From contig OX597834.1 of NCBI GenBank assembly GCA_951406725.2, positions 45,942,001 to 46,006,000 on the forward strand: a stretch of DNA of 64,000 bases, in the 5' to 3' direction. Positions 28,523 through 44,833 of the stretch are shown piece by piece. Position 1 is the stretch's first letter; each line of letters opens with the position of its first letter. The DNA comes from Octopus vulgaris. Taxonomy: Eukaryota. The position numbers and the translations under genes were made by a program. Under the pieces are notes generated by a model. It searched no databases. It worked only from the letters and a program-made list of their open reading frames with translations, and was not told the origin of the DNA.

Positions 28523-28699
28523 GATGATAGCGATGGGATAAGTTCCAGACGTAATTTCAATGTGGCGGTCGGTTCGATTGGGTCAAGCCCTTTAAACTCG
28601 TGCTCCAGCATGGCAGGTGTCCCATTTCATAGTTGTGGGGAAATGATATAACAAAAAACTATAAGCATCAACCATCACCCATTAGTCAGGTACTCTTAC

Positions 28700-29090
28700 T
28701 ATGCATAGAGCTCAGCTTGCCAACACTTTCCAGTTCCGTCTCTGTTATGATGCCTTCATACAATCAACTAAGCGCGACACCAACCCATTTTTTGGTGGTC
28801 AATTTCTCTCTTCTCTTCAACAATTCCTGTGAGGATGCCCTTAGGCAGTAATATGTGGCGAATTGTATTTCAACAGTTGATACCTTTGTAGACTTGCTTC
28901 TCAATAAGAAGTGTCTTTGGATTTTTCAGCTGCAAGATTGTTATCCTCTCTTTCCAGCCTATCCTGCCCAATCTACGAAAGATTCATATCACATAAGCAT
29001 CTGTCTCCTTCCCTGTTGTTCTGTATATTGTCCAACTTTCAGCTTCGTACAAGATGTGTTATCATGTCTTATGAGCTGTAGATTTATTTC
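28700..29090 (-). mobile_element. Degenerate RTE-clade LINE, 3' end of RT ORF
   Basis: Minus-strand translation ILYEAESWTIYRTTGKETDAYVI*IFRRLGRIGWKERIT...GILTGIVEEKRE resembles RTE 'LLYGAESWT..IDAFEMW.YRR.L.I.W.ER.TN...IL.G.VEGKR'. Contains stops and frameshifts. Confidence 0.65.
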
Positions 29091-29602
29091 ATTCTGATAA
29101 ATGCTATCGGCTTATTAATAAGCCGATAGAAATAAATAACATATGACCATATTGCTTCTGAATAGAAAGTCTTTTTAACAGACCACACTCCAAGCCGTAA
29201 TTCGTAATTTCAATATTAAAGCGGGTTTTAAACTCTCAAACATACTTATTTGTAGTAACAGCAGCAGCAACAGCGACAAAGGTAAGAAGGAAAAGAATAT
29301 TAATATAATAAGGAAAATTCACGCACGTAAATATATAAATATGATTGCTAAAATGCCTACCAGGTAAGCAAATATTTAATTAAAACAATTTATCTCAAAC
29401 GTTGGTCTTTGATTATTTTATATTTTCTGTTCTGCGTCTGGCTTGTATCAACTTTATGTTTTATAGACTGGTAGGCTTTTCAGAAAATAAGCAAGAAACA
29501 TAAGAACACACACACACACACATATATATATATATGAATATACACTTATCCATCATATATAGATTATATTATAAAGATATACGTACGAATATGTATGTAT
29601 AT

Positions 29603-29646
<44 letters not shown>

Positions 29647-29672
29647 GCATATATATATATACATGCATATAC

Positions 29673-29711
<39 letters not shown>

Positions 29712-30871
29712 TATGTGTGTGTGTGTGGAGGCGCATATTCTATGTTATTATTATTATTAGTTTTATTATTAAAATCAATATTATTGTTACTAACATCTTT
29801 ATTAGTATTAATAAGTGGATTGGCTAAATCCATTTTCGATCTCTCTTAGACAATAAACTTCCATATTTAGTTGAGACAAGCGGTTGCCACCATCAAACGG
29901 GTGGTTATATAACAGACCTATAGTTACCCTTGATTACTCAACTATTACAAGCTAAGCTGAAATCTTAGCCGTACATATTGCTAATAAATTAACAAAGTTT
30001 GCTGAAGTGGATTTAGTAGTAACAGTAATAATGGTAAATGAAATTCTAGCAATATTATGATAATTGTAATGTTAATGGTACTAATGTTGATAATAATCTT
30101 CATAGTAATAATAGCAATGTGAACTAGGGTAATATAACAACACCATCGTGGTATATAATAAAGCTTAAATATCCTAGCCGAAAAGGGAAAATACATATAT
30201 ATTAAATGTTTCACTTCTCAGTACAATACCTCATCATCTGATACTGACAATAAATGGGATGTGAAATTTTGGGAGGAAAAATTTCTCAATAATAGGCTTA
30301 ACCGCTTGTGTAATTGTAACAATCAACTAAAATGTCCATCAGATCACAAATGCTTAAGAAAAAAACTTAGTTTATAAATGTTCAGTGACAAAAGAGCAAT
30401 GTACATAACATTATATAGGTTCTTTGTGCATCTCATTTTATGTTAAGATTATGTCCCATCGTTTAAATGTGGGAAAAAGCAAATAAGACCGCACTTCCCT
30501 ACGTAAATGATTCTGCAACCTCAAAAAAGTAATAAAAGGACTGTCAGATACGATAGTAAATGGTGTAAAATAAGATGTGTACTGCTGTATAAAATTCAGA
30601 AACTAAAATGTCTCTTATGCTTCGAGGAAACAATTCATATTAAATAAAAAAATTAATGAATATTAAACTGTACGGATTTATTTACAAACGTCCTTTACAA
30701 CCTTCCCAAATAACTGGAATATTGATTAATGTACCCTACTATAATGGGTCTCGGTCCCGTATATTTAGTACATTTAACGTAGGTATTAGTAATGACACTA
30801 CATTTTATATAACTTAATGTTATGATTAGTATTATTGTTCTTTTCCATAATATTATTAATGCTATTGTTGA

Positions 30872-30984
<113 letters not shown>

Positions 30985-31841
30985 TTTCTGTAAATCCTGT
31001 AATTACACTGCTAAATGATTTTTTAATTATTCATATATAATTTGAAATTTTTTAAATTCAATTTTTGTTTTGTAATTCATTTTTCAACTTTTTTCTTAAT
31101 TTATCTTAATCATGTTCTAGCCATTTTAATTTTGGAATATTCGTTTTTCAGAGTTAATTTTCCTTTTCAAATGCAATATCTAAATGAATAATACTTTGGT
31201 TATTTTTCAGAAGAATTATTATTAACTCAAATCTCTCAGCTACTCTTTGGAATTAGTACTGATCATATGACATTTGAATATCTTAATTCTAAATACTTTC
31301 TCTGTGTATTCGCATTGGTCAATAATAGTTCAAACGGTGGTAGAATTTTGTCATAAACATACTCCAAGATGACGCGTTGAGGAAAATAAGTGACATTTTA
31401 CAATTTTATCATAATCTGGTAAAATCCCTTCCTACGTAGGCCTGCTGAAATACGTCCACCCTAACCCTTATACTGGTCAAGTACTGTAGGGGTTACTATT
31501 ATCTGTCTCCCTCAAATGTTCTTCAAACAGAGTAGTATATATTCGATAACGCTAGGAGACTTTTAAATTTAGCTGTCTGTAGAATTTTAGTCAATGTATT
31601 ATGCGAAACTGAATATGCAGGATTACTGCATGGCAGAAGTTTGGAATTTATCAACCTATATGAAACGTGTATAAGCTGATTCAATTATATATAATCTCCA
31701 TTATTTTAAACGACTATGCACTGTGACCTTCTGGCAAATTCATTCGGTGTTTGAATTTCATATTTCTAAATTGAACACACATATATATGCACGCACAAAA
31801 TACACACACGTGTGTATGTATAGCCATCCATCTACATAAAC

Positions 31842-31872
<31 letters not shown>

Positions 31873-32932
31873 TGTATGTATGTATGTATAGCTAACTGTT
31901 TACCAAAAGATATCCTGATTCCTCTCAAATAAAAACTATGTTCCTTTCTTTATCGTCAACTAATGCCAGCTAGTACACCTGCTCGCTTCTCTTTCCATCT
32001 TTTGACAGCATATGAACTCAACAAAGCACATAGCCGCCATTTCTTCATTATACTGTTTCTTATGAATATTTAATTTCTTTTGTAAACAAATTTACGTGTT
32101 TATATTTTAAAGAAATCTTTTTAATAATTTTGGAAATTGCAAAGCTCTCGATGCTATTCTCATTGTTAACGCTGCATAACCAGCCTTAATGGGTAAATTC
32201 ACATCGGAAAGAAACACCGAAAACTTTTTTTGCCATTTTTCATTGCTTTGTTTAATAAGAAAATCAAACTGCCATTCTATTCTTCAAACTAAAATACGAT
32301 GCTTATATCACGTCTAGTGATTTTGCTACGTTGGAAACTGTGAAGGGGGTGAGGGTAAACTGAAACCCAAAATGTGTATTCCTGAAAGCTTTAATGAAGG
32401 ACCATTGGAAAAAATACAATTAACTGTTTGTGAGATAAACACGTTGTTAGAATCCGTCCAACTTCATAACAAGCAATACGTCATTGGCCGTGTGAAATAT
32501 AGAAGTTATTTTTGTCTCACCCTGAAAACGTGACCCGTTTATATGTAAGACGTTTCACTTAATATACGTAGATAATATAATTGTTTACTTAGAGAGAAAT
32601 AATATAATTTCACTAATTAAAATAAAAATGCTATACTCAAAGCTAAGATATTCTAAGAATATTTGTGAGCAAGTGTGTCTGTATTGATATCAATCAACGC
32701 CTTTTAATGCTCATAGCATTTGAAATTTATGTCAATGGATAAAATAGTCATCTTAGTATATAACCAAAGTATATAAATGTCAATGGGTTGGATGTAAAAT
32801 TATTATTATAATACACGCACACACATATACACATACATACACAGACACGCTCACACACGTATACACACACATACACACACTCACATACACATAGACATAA
32901 ATGCATATAGCTTTTACATATATCATACGTCC

Positions 32933-33000
<68 letters not shown>

Positions 33001-33741
33001 TGTTCGGACAAGAAGTGTATTCGGTCGCCCCAATTACAATTTTGCTATTCGTTTCCTTGGCACTCGTGCATTCTTTTCAAAGCAAGCCTAGAACTAAACG
33101 CAATAGACAAATGGATGGACATGTCTGGAAATTGAATTCTATTTAGTTCCAATGTTGGTCACACATATAGAGATATAAGTAAATACATACATTTATACTC
33201 TTTTACATTACAAAATGATATGAGATCTTGACGTACCTAGATGCGGTATGAGAGAGAGAGAGAGACATCAACGTTCAGGCAAAAATGGAATATTTTGCAA
33301 TGTCTGTAACCGCATTTTATATACAAATATATATATACAGATGAAAGTTAAATAGCTATATTTTGTGGCTAGTCTATATTATCTTGTGTTTGTTTTAGTG
33401 TTGTGTAGTAATACCAAAATTTCATCCATTATATGTTGCCTAGATCACTGTAGGTCACTATTTAGATTGTATCCGTTATATACAATAGCTTTTTTCCGGT
33501 TTTTGTATTTGTTATCTGTAGTAGAGCTGTGAGATTTTGTGTAGAAGCGGCGAGATCTTGCAAGGGATTATTGTATTGCCTTTCTAACAGTTGAAGTCGT
33601 GCTGTTTGCGACACACATATTCTTAAATCAAATTTGCAAGTCACATCCTCTTACTACAATTTTGGAAACAATCCTGTCGATTTTTACCTATTTATTGAAA
33701 ATATAGTTTTAAATATCTCATTGCATATAAGTGTTTTTGTG

Positions 33742-33860
33742 AAGGCATGTGGTGTTATGGCTAGCACGGTGTTAAGCCCAAGATCACAAGGTCATGGTTT
33801 CAATTTTCAGATCGGATGAGTAAATCGATTCATTTCACGTTTTTCTAGTCCGCTGAGATG
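33742..33860 (+). mobile_element. SINE family C fragment
   Basis: GAAGGCATGTGG..GATCACAAGGTCATGGTTTCAATT..TTCATTTCACGTT. Confidence 0.5.
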
Positions 33861-34571
33861 TGTGTACACACTTCAAAAGACTTTCGTCCTATTCAGTACA
33901 GATGTGACTTCGGTCCCTTATAGAAATTGAATAACTGGCACTTAGACTCTTAGGAATCGAGTGAACAATGTCCAAAGTACTTAATTTACATTTCTTTCAT
34001 ACTTAGGGCCTTTGTGCTATTTTATAAAACTATATTCCTGTCATTTTATTGCCGTTTGATAGCTGTTTAGCACAAGTTTGTACAATTGCGCTAATTAATT
34101 TAGTACGATATCGTATGATAATATTAACAATGTGTAAATTTATTCTGTAGTTATTACCTACTGAAATCATATCAGAGATTTTAAATATCGCTTGGTTATT
34201 TTGTTATTTTCATTGACAGAATGCCTGACGTGTTGATTGCGTTGAATTTCTACGTGTAGAATTCGTTGGCTTCGTCTGGCAATTTATTTCTGTAAATGTT
34301 GATCAGTATTTGTCTAACTGAAAAGGTTTCTTTATCTTGAGCTGTATGTGTGTGGAGGAGAAACTAACTGCTTTAGTAAGTTAATACTTTTATCGTACAA
34401 ATACATTCTGTGTGTGTGGAAACATGACTGAGATTGATAGTGGATTTGGAAGTCAAGCTAAAAAAATTAAAAATAAAATAAATAAATAAATAAATAAATA
34501 AACTAACAAACAGAATAACTCTTGCTGAAAATAAGTGTGAATATTGAAAGCAAAACTTAAAATTTTTCTCG

Positions 34572-34643
<72 letters not shown>

Positions 34644-34757
34644 ATGCGTATGTATATATATATATATTTTCCAAGTAAGTATATATATATATGTGTGTGT
34701 GTGTGTGCGTGTGCATATATATACACACATACATAAATATATATATATACATGTATA

Positions 34758-34795
<38 letters not shown>

Positions 34796-35116
34796 TACAT
34801 GCACGCGAATACATATACACATACATACACATATTTAGATATGTATACCACAAGAAATTTAAAAGTTATGAAATTTTAATTATAGCTATGCACGGACACT
34901 TATCTATATCTGTATTTATGTATTAATGTATCTCTCTGTCTATGCGTGAATATGTTCACACATAGGTAGACAGATGGATACATAGATACACACATACACA
35001 CATACATACGTACAAATATACATACATATGAATAACCATACACACAAACACGCACACACACAGACAAACATGCACACACAAACAAACACACACGTATATA
35101 TATATACGCATAGGTG

Positions 35117-35204
<88 letters not shown>

Positions 35205-36497
35205 CAGCCCACAAAACCAAGATCGACATTTCAGTGCATCAGTTGTATCTCTGCAATGTGCAGGTGCAAAATATAATTGCTTAACTCTGCAATACCCGCT
35301 TAAATTTAGTTGCGCTAATCTTCTGACTTGCTCGCACCTCCCCAGCCACTTTTATTACCACCACCAGCACCACCACCCGCCAAATCCAATTCTGCGAACA
35401 ATACTATTTTCAGTGCCATTGTTTTCGTGATTCCTATATTTCCTGGCTTTTATTTATTTTGGTTTCTTTTCTTCTCTTCTTCTGCTTACGTTTACGGAAT
35501 TTTCGTCAATTATTTATGTGTAGGAAATGGTGCGATGATTTCTTTTGTTTTTGTATTGTTTTATTATTATTATTATTATTATTTTGTGGCTTTTTCTTTT
35601 TGTTTGTAGGTTAACCACATTAGTGTAGCAGACTCCGCTTACTTTGCTATTTCGGCAAAAGAATAATAATTCGAACTTCCTTTTACGATAGAATTCCTTT
35701 GTTATATCTCTGGAAGACGACGATGACGAAGCAGAAGAAGAAGAAGAAGAAGAAGAAGAAGAAGAAGAAGAAGAAGAAGAAGAAGAAGAAGCATTATAAT
35801 GATGGCGATGAGAACAAAATACAACGCAAAACAAAATGTCTGCTCTAGTTATATTATTCTAAACGTTTCTTTTCATTCTCTTTTTATGAATGTTTCTCTG
35901 TTCACATTCGTAACATTATTTCCTATTTAATTTAGTTTTGTTTTCAATTTTTTTCCCCCAAAACAATATAGTTACTTCTTCGAAAATCGCTTATTTAGAG
36001 GTATGTGACTATTTTAAACAGAATTAAAATATTTCAGGTGTTACATATTGTGTGTTTTTAGTTTTACAATTTGCAATATTCTACGAATATTATTATTGGT
36101 GTGGCTGTTGTTGTTGTTGTTGATGTTTTGTTGTTTTTGTTGCTGCTCTTGTCTTTGTTTATGATGATGGTGTTGTTATTATTCATATTCACACAGCAGG
36201 TTAGATTGTGGAAAAGAAAATTCCTAACACCGAGCTCCAAACGATTAACCTTGGATGTAAAGGACTCTCCTAAGTATTCTAGCTCTCCTTGATAACATTA
36301 TTTTCTCTGAACTGTATTCTACTTCATCCTCTTTACTCTATTATCTGCTGATGTTGTAATAGGATAACAACTGTGATCAGTCGGCATCTTTCCTGAACGA
36401 ATGTCGGGCGAGGACCCTTTCCCTTAAACGTCCAACAGCATATTTGCTGTTACACCAGAGGTTCGACGTAAATTCTCGTCTCTCATAAACTGGGGTA

Positions 36498-36910
36498 AGG
36501 CAGGAGTTGCTATGTGGTAAGTAGCTTCCTTACCAACCACATGGTTCTAGGTTCATTCCCACTGCGTGGCACCAGGGCAAGTGTTTTCTACTATAGCCTC
36601 GGGCCGACCAAAGACTTGTGAGTGGATTTTGTAGGCGGAACCTGAAGGAAGCCCGTCGTATGTATGTATATACGTGTGTGTGTTTGTGTGTGTGCGTGTG
36701 TTTATGTGTTTGTGTTTGTCCCCCCAATATCGCTTGACAACCGATAGTGGTGCGTTTACGTCCCCGTAACTTAGCGGTTCGGCAGAATAGCCCGATAGAA
36801 TAAGAACTAGGCTTACAAAGAATAAGTCCTGGAGTCGATTTGCTCGACTAAATGCAGTGCTCCAGCATGGCCGCAGTCAAATGACTGAAGCAAGTAAATT
36901 TGAAAGAGTA
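36498..36910 (+). mobile_element. SINE family B, essentially full length
   Basis: Head GCAGGAGTTGCTATGTGGTAAGTAGCTT through tail CAGCATGGCCGCAGTCAAATGACTGAAGCAAGTAAA. Confidence 0.92.
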
Positions 36911-36934
36911 ACGGTCATCAGCATCATCACCACA

Positions 36935-36976
<42 letters not shown>

Positions 36977-37008
36977 CATCATCATTATTATCATCATTAT
37001 TATCATCA

Positions 37009-37045
<37 letters not shown>

Positions 37046-37105
37046 CATCATTATTATTATTATTATTCATTATTACTATTATTATTATTATTGCTATTAT
37101 TATTA

Positions 37106-37222
37106 AGGCAGCGAGGTGGGAGAATCGTTAGCACACCGAAGAAGATGCTTAGCAGTATACTGTGAGCATTCATATTCTAAGTTCAAATTCCGCCCTGGTC
37201 GAAATTGTCTTTCATCTTTTTG
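37106..37222 (+). mobile_element. SINE family A 5' part, diverged
   Basis: GGCAGCGAGGTGGGAGAATCGTTAGCAC..AAGTTCAAATTCCGCC. Confidence 0.8.
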
Positions 37223-37444
37223 AATCTTCTGTATGCCGTATCCATCCGAAATATAAAATATTTATAAGATTGTGCCCGGCTATGATTTGTTTTCTCTGTG
37301 TATTTGTGTGTATTTGTTTGTGGGCGCGGGTGTACCTGCTTTGTTTCTGTATTGATTTTTCAGTGGGAGGGAGCTTGCATATTGGATCCTTCAATTTGAA
37401 AATCTTCAAAGATAATTTCAAAGTGTCTACCTTGGCAACATCAG

Positions 37445-37503
<59 letters not shown>

Positions 37504-38093
37504 TGCGAAGTATATTATTATGTAGGAAGATAAACATGTATCTATGATTAAATATTCAAATTTCTGTTGCAATTCTGCGACTACTGCCCGACCTACGTTT
37601 ACAATAAATATTCGTACATTTAAAATCCAAACACTCAAAGGAATACTTGCTTGAGCTTCATATATCTAAATGATTATCGATTATATATTAATATATATCT
37701 ATAATCATGGGGTCAATAGCAACAAAGAATAGATCAGTTCCTTTTTCGGAGTGGTTAAAAATACTTCGTTTAGTTTCGTATATCTAATCGAATGGTCGAT
37801 ATATGATCATGAGGCCAGCAGGAACAAAGGATACGATCCTTTCCTTTTAAGGATTGCTTTTAATCTAAGGTGACTGAACTTTGTCACTAACGATAGACAG
37901 GTCCTCACATAAGACGTTCTTTATCATCGCTTCCATTCAGAACTGACTTCAATAACAATGTTTGACCCACGAATAATGTGACTGAAGTTTATTCATTTTC
38001 CTGCAGCGGTTTTACTGTCATTAATATCACTGACACACACACACACACACACCTACACACATACAGACAAAGCTCTGTCTCACCATTCTCTCT

Positions 38094-38167
<74 letters not shown>

Positions 38168-38270
38168 GAATACAAGATATATATATATATATATTTCTGC
38201 ATATATATACATATAAATACTTACACACATACACGCACGCACACAAACACATGCACAGAAATATCTATCT

Positions 38271-38321
<51 letters not shown>

Positions 38322-38339
38322 TACGTATACATATACATA

Positions 38340-38500
38340 TATACGACGGGCTTCTTTCAGTTTCCGTCTACCAAATCCACTCACAAGGCTTTGGTCGGCC
38401 CGAGGCTATAGTAGAAGACACTTGCCCAAGGTGCCACGCAGTGGGACTGAATCCGGAACCATGTGGTTGGTAAGCAAGCTACTTAGCACACAGCCACTCC
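38340..38500 (-). mobile_element. SINE family B 5' part
   Basis: CGACGGGCTTCTTTCAGTTTCCGTCTACCAAATCC..CACAGCCACTCC. Confidence 0.92.
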
Positions 38501-38619
38501 ATACATATATATACTAGTTTGAGGAAAAAGTTCGTGCCCTGTGTTAAAATGATGAACTCAATGAACACACACACCACAAAATGCATTATTTTAACACGGC
38601 GTACGAACTTTTTCCTCCA

Positions 38620-38674
<55 letters not shown>

Positions 38675-38893
38675 CAAATCTTTTACTTGTTGCGGCCATT
38701 GGGTTGATCCCAAACTGTGGCACCATCTTGAGTGTTCGGTTTTATCGAATCAAATCGTGTCTCGTACTTATTCCTTTCTTTTTCCTTGTCAAGATTGATA
38801 GGTAGAAAGATATCGAAAGACAGAAAGAGAGATATCGAAAGAAAGAGGCAAAATCATACTATATATATACACCTTTGCGTGTGTGTGTGTGTA

Positions 38894-38942
<49 letters not shown>

Positions 38943-39576
38943 GTGTGCGTGTACCCACGTTATACGCACCTTATCATATATATGCTTATCTGTCTTTTCT
39001 ATCAATGATTATTTGCGAGTGAACACACACACATATATCTATGTGTGCATGCGGATCTCTGTCAATCTATGGCGGCGTCGAGTTTTCGGCAACGTGCGGG
39101 AGTTTGTCCGTCTGCTGTGTGTGCGTGCTCTGTGTCGTTTAGAACTCTATTTACTTCGACTACAACCAAATTGCTCACAGTTTTCCAATATTTAATCAAT
39201 ATTCTACGGACTTTGCTACATGGACAATACTTCGTTTGGCGACTTCATCACCGCAACTCTACACAATCACAAATCAAATTAGCCAAATAGTTTCGCTTTT
39301 ATTTTAACTTATACTTTACGCATTTGTTGCATTTATTATTAGTTTTATTCTATTTTATATTTGTATTATTTGGTTTTCAGTCGGATGCTTCCCATAGGAA
39401 ATCAGAGAACGGCACCAATTTTTTGATTATCAGCTGATCAACGGAACAAACGGCGGATCTGTTTCCTACTCACACACACGCACACACACACACATATATG
39501 TATATATACTCATATAATTGTGCATATGTGTATATATATAATAGTGTGTATGTATGTGTGTTTGTGTATAGGTCTG

Positions 39577-39625
<49 letters not shown>

Positions 39626-40500
39626 GCAACTAAGCAAAGTGTTGTAGATTGATCAATGAAAGAGCAAACTCCATACAGCTATTGAGCATCCATTTTATTC
39701 TAGTAGAATGCACTACGAAAGCATCTTCATCAGGGGCCAAAATTCCTCCAACTGTGGTACTTTGATTTACAAACAGAATTGTTTTTCTATCTTTTTCCTC
39801 TGTGTTATATCGGTTTATACGTTCCTTTGCTAATGTTTCAAAGTTAAATCGGTGTGCTATCAGAGTCCTTACTGCGTCGGGTAAAATATATAACGGCCTC
39901 TCTTCTTGACTGTTCGCTCTGTGTTCAAGTGCCGCCGATGCCGACTCTGCTTTTTATGTTTCTGTGTTCGATAAAATAAGTACCAGCTGAGTACTGGGGT
40001 CGTTGTAATTGACAAATAACACTGCAGTTATTTCCATTGGTTCCATAGTTTTGTCGGTGCGCAGAAAGTTGTTAATTAATCTTTTTCCCAAAGAACGTGT
40101 GAATGCATAAGTGTTTTTTTTCTTTTTTATTCTGTTTGTATCCGTTAGCAAGGCTTGTAGAGGATCGCTTGAAGCTATATATTACACCGCAAATATTTAA
40201 CAGAGCCCCTTCTCCATTCCCTCCTGGAATTATCCGTGGAAAAAGAGTGCCTGAAAGCATACCATTTACATCTGGAAAATAAAAATTCCTTTGGAGGCGT
40301 CTTGTGTGTGTGAAGGCGTAAATCTACGACGAGTGCGATGTATTTCTGCTATGAGATAAGAAAAAGATTGCTAAAATTGACAGTGAATACTCACACATAT
40401 TATGTGTGTACGCAATCTTTCACACTCACAGACAGTCACTTACGCACACACAGACCTATAAAAATACATAACCACACAGACATATATATATATATATATG

Positions 40501-40535
<35 letters not shown>

Positions 40536-40649
40536 GTGAGTGCGTGTGTGTGTGTGCATGTATATATACATATCATAAACAATTGAAGAACTGGTATCAA
40601 TCTATTACGGCCGTTTCTAACGATTTTTTAATTGATAAATGAGTACATT

Positions 40650-41699
40650 ATATTATTATCATAAATACAAAGGGATCGTGGAAAAAAGGCCGATCAATGG
40701 GGATCGTGTATCACAAAAACGTCATAGTGTAAATAGGGGAAACAGATTAGGTTCATCCGTGGAAAGAAAAGCCTACAGAAAAGACCACGGTAACTTTGGG
40801 CAATTATGTCATGCAAAAAAACACATTACAGTACGTGACTCTCCTTTTTCCTTTCCTTTTTTTGTCTCATAGGATTATGCTCAAGGTGGCTCCATCATTC
40901 ATACGTGCCATCCTTGCTACATTCACCCATCTTTTTTTAAAACATTCACTAGACAAAACTTCCCTCTCTACTCTCACTTTCCTCTTCAAGTGATACTTGA
41001 AGAAGTTGATAATAGACTGACCAGAGAGGAAAGTGTTTCTCTCTTGACCTTTCAGACGCGTCCACCAGATACATTCTTTGGCCATAGCCACAAGTACGAT
41101 GAAATTGGCTCTTCCTTCCCGTTTCAAGGAAGGAGGCGCAACCATATTCACGATAGACTCGGTCGATAAACTGACTCGACCCACACGGGATAACAGTCGT
41201 TCGATATAGTCCTAAATGTCGAAAACTATTGGACACTGTACGAGTGTGTGCAGAACGGTTTCGTCGCTCTGACCGCATCTCTGGCAGGTCGATCCCGTGT
41301 TTCTGGATCTATGCCTGTAGAGCTTATCCCGAACGGGTAGCGCTTCTCGATTGCACTGCCAGGCCAGGGATCTCTGGAAATTGTCGATAGGTCACGGCCT
41401 GAAAATCTTCTTGAACAGGCGGGTCAGGTATTCCTCGTCAATGCCCAGGTTCACACCGGCATTGTCGTCGTACCTCCCCTCCACTAATCCCCTACAGAAT
41501 GCTTTGGTTGTGTTGCTGTCACTCAAGGTCGACTCGGGATGGTATAGTTGTTCGAGAGCAACGCAACACTCTCGCTGCCTTTCGTCCTTCCTCGGCCTCT
41601 TTTTGATCCACGACTGCAGTTCTGTCATGGAGACGAGCAGTGGGAAAGGGCGCTTCACAAACGGCGACCACACCTGTCCACCGTCGTCTTCGTAGAGCC
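40650..41699 (-). mobile_element. 5'-truncated L1/Tx1-clade LINE: ORF2 C-terminus (zf-RVT CCHC knuckle) plus 3' UTR
   Basis: One reading frame 41699->40867 with two in-frame stops (41392-41394, 41212-41214): ..FQRSLAWQCNREALPVRDKLYRH..TCQRCGQSDETVLHTLVQCP..MAKECIWWTR..FKKRWV. The 3' UTR boundary is approximate. Confidence 0.85.
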
Positions 41700-42244
<545 letters not shown>

Positions 42245-42935
42245 GTGGATTTTTATAATTCATTGTCTTCGGTGTTGTGCAGTAAAATCCCACTGAATCA
42301 TTTCCTGAACGATTTGCAAAACATATACATTCACGCCACAATATAGTTCCTCGTACATACTATGACCTTGTATGTGTAAACTGCGTTATAAGGTGGTAGG
42401 ATTTGACTAGCCACATCGAGGCTGAGACAAGGGTTAACAAGATCAACGGAGCTTACAATAATAAAAGCAATTTAAACTGTAAAAAATACTTTAAAAATAT
42501 CTAACACCAGACAAAAAGGCCACGGCATTTCAAGAAGACTCAAAGAAGCCTGACGTCAACAATAAACAAACATTAAATGTAACCAGTATTGAATGAAAAT
42601 CAGACAGACATATGAATCCCTCTACGTCTTTGCCTACAATAAAAACGGTCATAACAATCGCCATTATTATTGTATCCTCCACGAGATAAAATATAATGAA
42701 AAAAGGGTCAGGCATCATCAATGGTAAATCGTAAGTTTATTGTAACAATCATAATATAAAAAATTAATTAGAAGCGGACGAAAGTGTATGGAATGGGAAA
42801 ATAATGAAATAAAAATTCAAGCTGGTCCCATATTTCCCAATAATGTAACGATTATGAGAAAATCTGTTCCTAATCAAGAGAGTAGTATGTATCTGCGGGT
42901 GTGTATGGGCATGTGCACGTGTATTTACATGTATA

Positions 42936-42988
<53 letters not shown>

Positions 42989-43017
42989 AAACAAGTCAAA
43001 AACAAGTTCCTTTTCAC

Positions 43018-43087
<70 letters not shown>

Positions 43088-43095
43088 ATATATAT

Positions 43096-43138
<43 letters not shown>

Positions 43139-43349
43139 AATATATACGTATATCCATATAGGATTAAAACATATAATACATATTTATTCATATGCGCATA
43201 TTCCTTATTTGTCTACATGCATATATATGAGTGTTTATATAATGTGTTTATGCATGTGTATATACAAATATATATACATATACCTATACATATATACACA
43301 TACATATATATATAGATGTGTATATATATATATATAAATATATATATAA

Positions 43350-43428
<79 letters not shown>

Positions 43429-43549
43429 TGTTTTGAAAAAAAATATAAAATACACCCCTAGATATATATATATATATATATATGCATGTATGTATGCTAT
43501 AATTGCTATAAATCGTTTATACCTTATGTTGGAATTTTATATGGTCATC

Positions 43550-43660
43550 TGCGTCTGAGGAGAGTGCTTTCTTTCAAACTGGTGTAGTATTTTCACTATA
43601 ATGTGGCCGCTTGAAGCGGCCGTAACTCATTGATACCTGGACGTCCTTGTTACGTATTCG

Positions 43661-43665
<5 letters not shown>
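43550..43665 (+). ncRNA. Minimal type-I hammerhead-like motif plus PLE-like tail
   Basis: TGCGT-CTGAGGA(43555-61)-GAGTG..CGCTT-GAAG-CGGCCG-TA-ACTCA. Tail TTGATACCTGGACGTCCTTGTTACGTATT is shared with the 45430 and 48658 copies and ends in (TA)n. Confidence 0.6.
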
Positions 43666-43707
<42 letters not shown>

Positions 43708-44180
43708 GGGAATATATTGATTAAAGTCATAATTAACTGATCCTCTTGTATATTCGTTTACCCAAATCTAGGATTTCTTCAGCTCCTGATGTATATCACT
43801 TCTCTGTCGATAAATATATATTTGTGCGTGTGTCTGTGTGTGCGTGTGCATTTATATATGTATGTATGTATGTATGTATTTATGTATGTATGAAAATATA
43901 CATACACATTTATACAGTGCCTTTTAGATCACAAAATTACTACGGAAGTATTCAACTTGACGGCCATACAATGTTGCCTACGTTTCGAGTAGAATAATTC
44001 TTTTGATACTAAAGATGAAAGTTGGATCGTCGTTTAATTCTCAGCAAACCTCAGGTACACATCCCCCCGTTACTGTTTTTGATCGAGTGTTAAGACATTT
44101 AACACAAACTTGGCATCAACTTGACGTTCTTTTAAGTTTGCCGGAAATATAAATACACAGATACGAATATATATATATGT

Positions 44181-44217
<37 letters not shown>

Positions 44218-44833
44218 TACTTGTGCATGAGTGAGTGAGTGTTTTCATTTATATATTTATATATTTATATATATATATTTAAGTATATATGTATGTACAT
44301 ATATACATATATATATATATATACATACCAGGAGCAAGTATTCAGGATTGTATATTTACATAGATATTAATATTGTTATTACTATCGAAGCCAAAATAAA
44401 TAGTTGATAATAACACCAAAATTTATATAGGTGTTTTCAGGCCTAAACTGGCATTGTATAGCTGTAGAATTAAAATGATATCAGTGATAAGGACGAGTAC
44501 TCTTGAATTTGTTATTGTTTTCAGTGTTATTTCGGTGGTTTAAACGAGGAGTTTAGCTCTCATTTCTAGCATGTAGACGTATGTGCACGTCCTTATGATA
44601 TACATACATACATACATACATTCCTACATACATACATACATACATACATACATACATACATACATACATACATTCCTATATACATACATATTATTTATGC
44701 ACACACACTTATATATTCAAGTATGTGTATGTGGTTTATTTTCCTCTCTAATTTCAAGTTTATTTTGACCGTCCCCAGTTTGGTTGCCTAGGAAGATTCA
44801 TGGTTCCAGTACAATGGGGGATGGGGTCTAGGA

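Noticed and set aside
40072-40271. Possible minus-strand exon (DVNGMLSGTLFPRIIPGGNGEG) after a TTTTTATTTTCCAG acceptor
   Set aside because: No convincing donor and no recognisable protein.
42480-42721. Hydrophobic ORF with vague GPCR TM2/TM3 look (ICLSDF..FLSGVRY)
   Set aside because: Spacing too short, internal stop, and hydrophobicity is expected from T-rich DNA.
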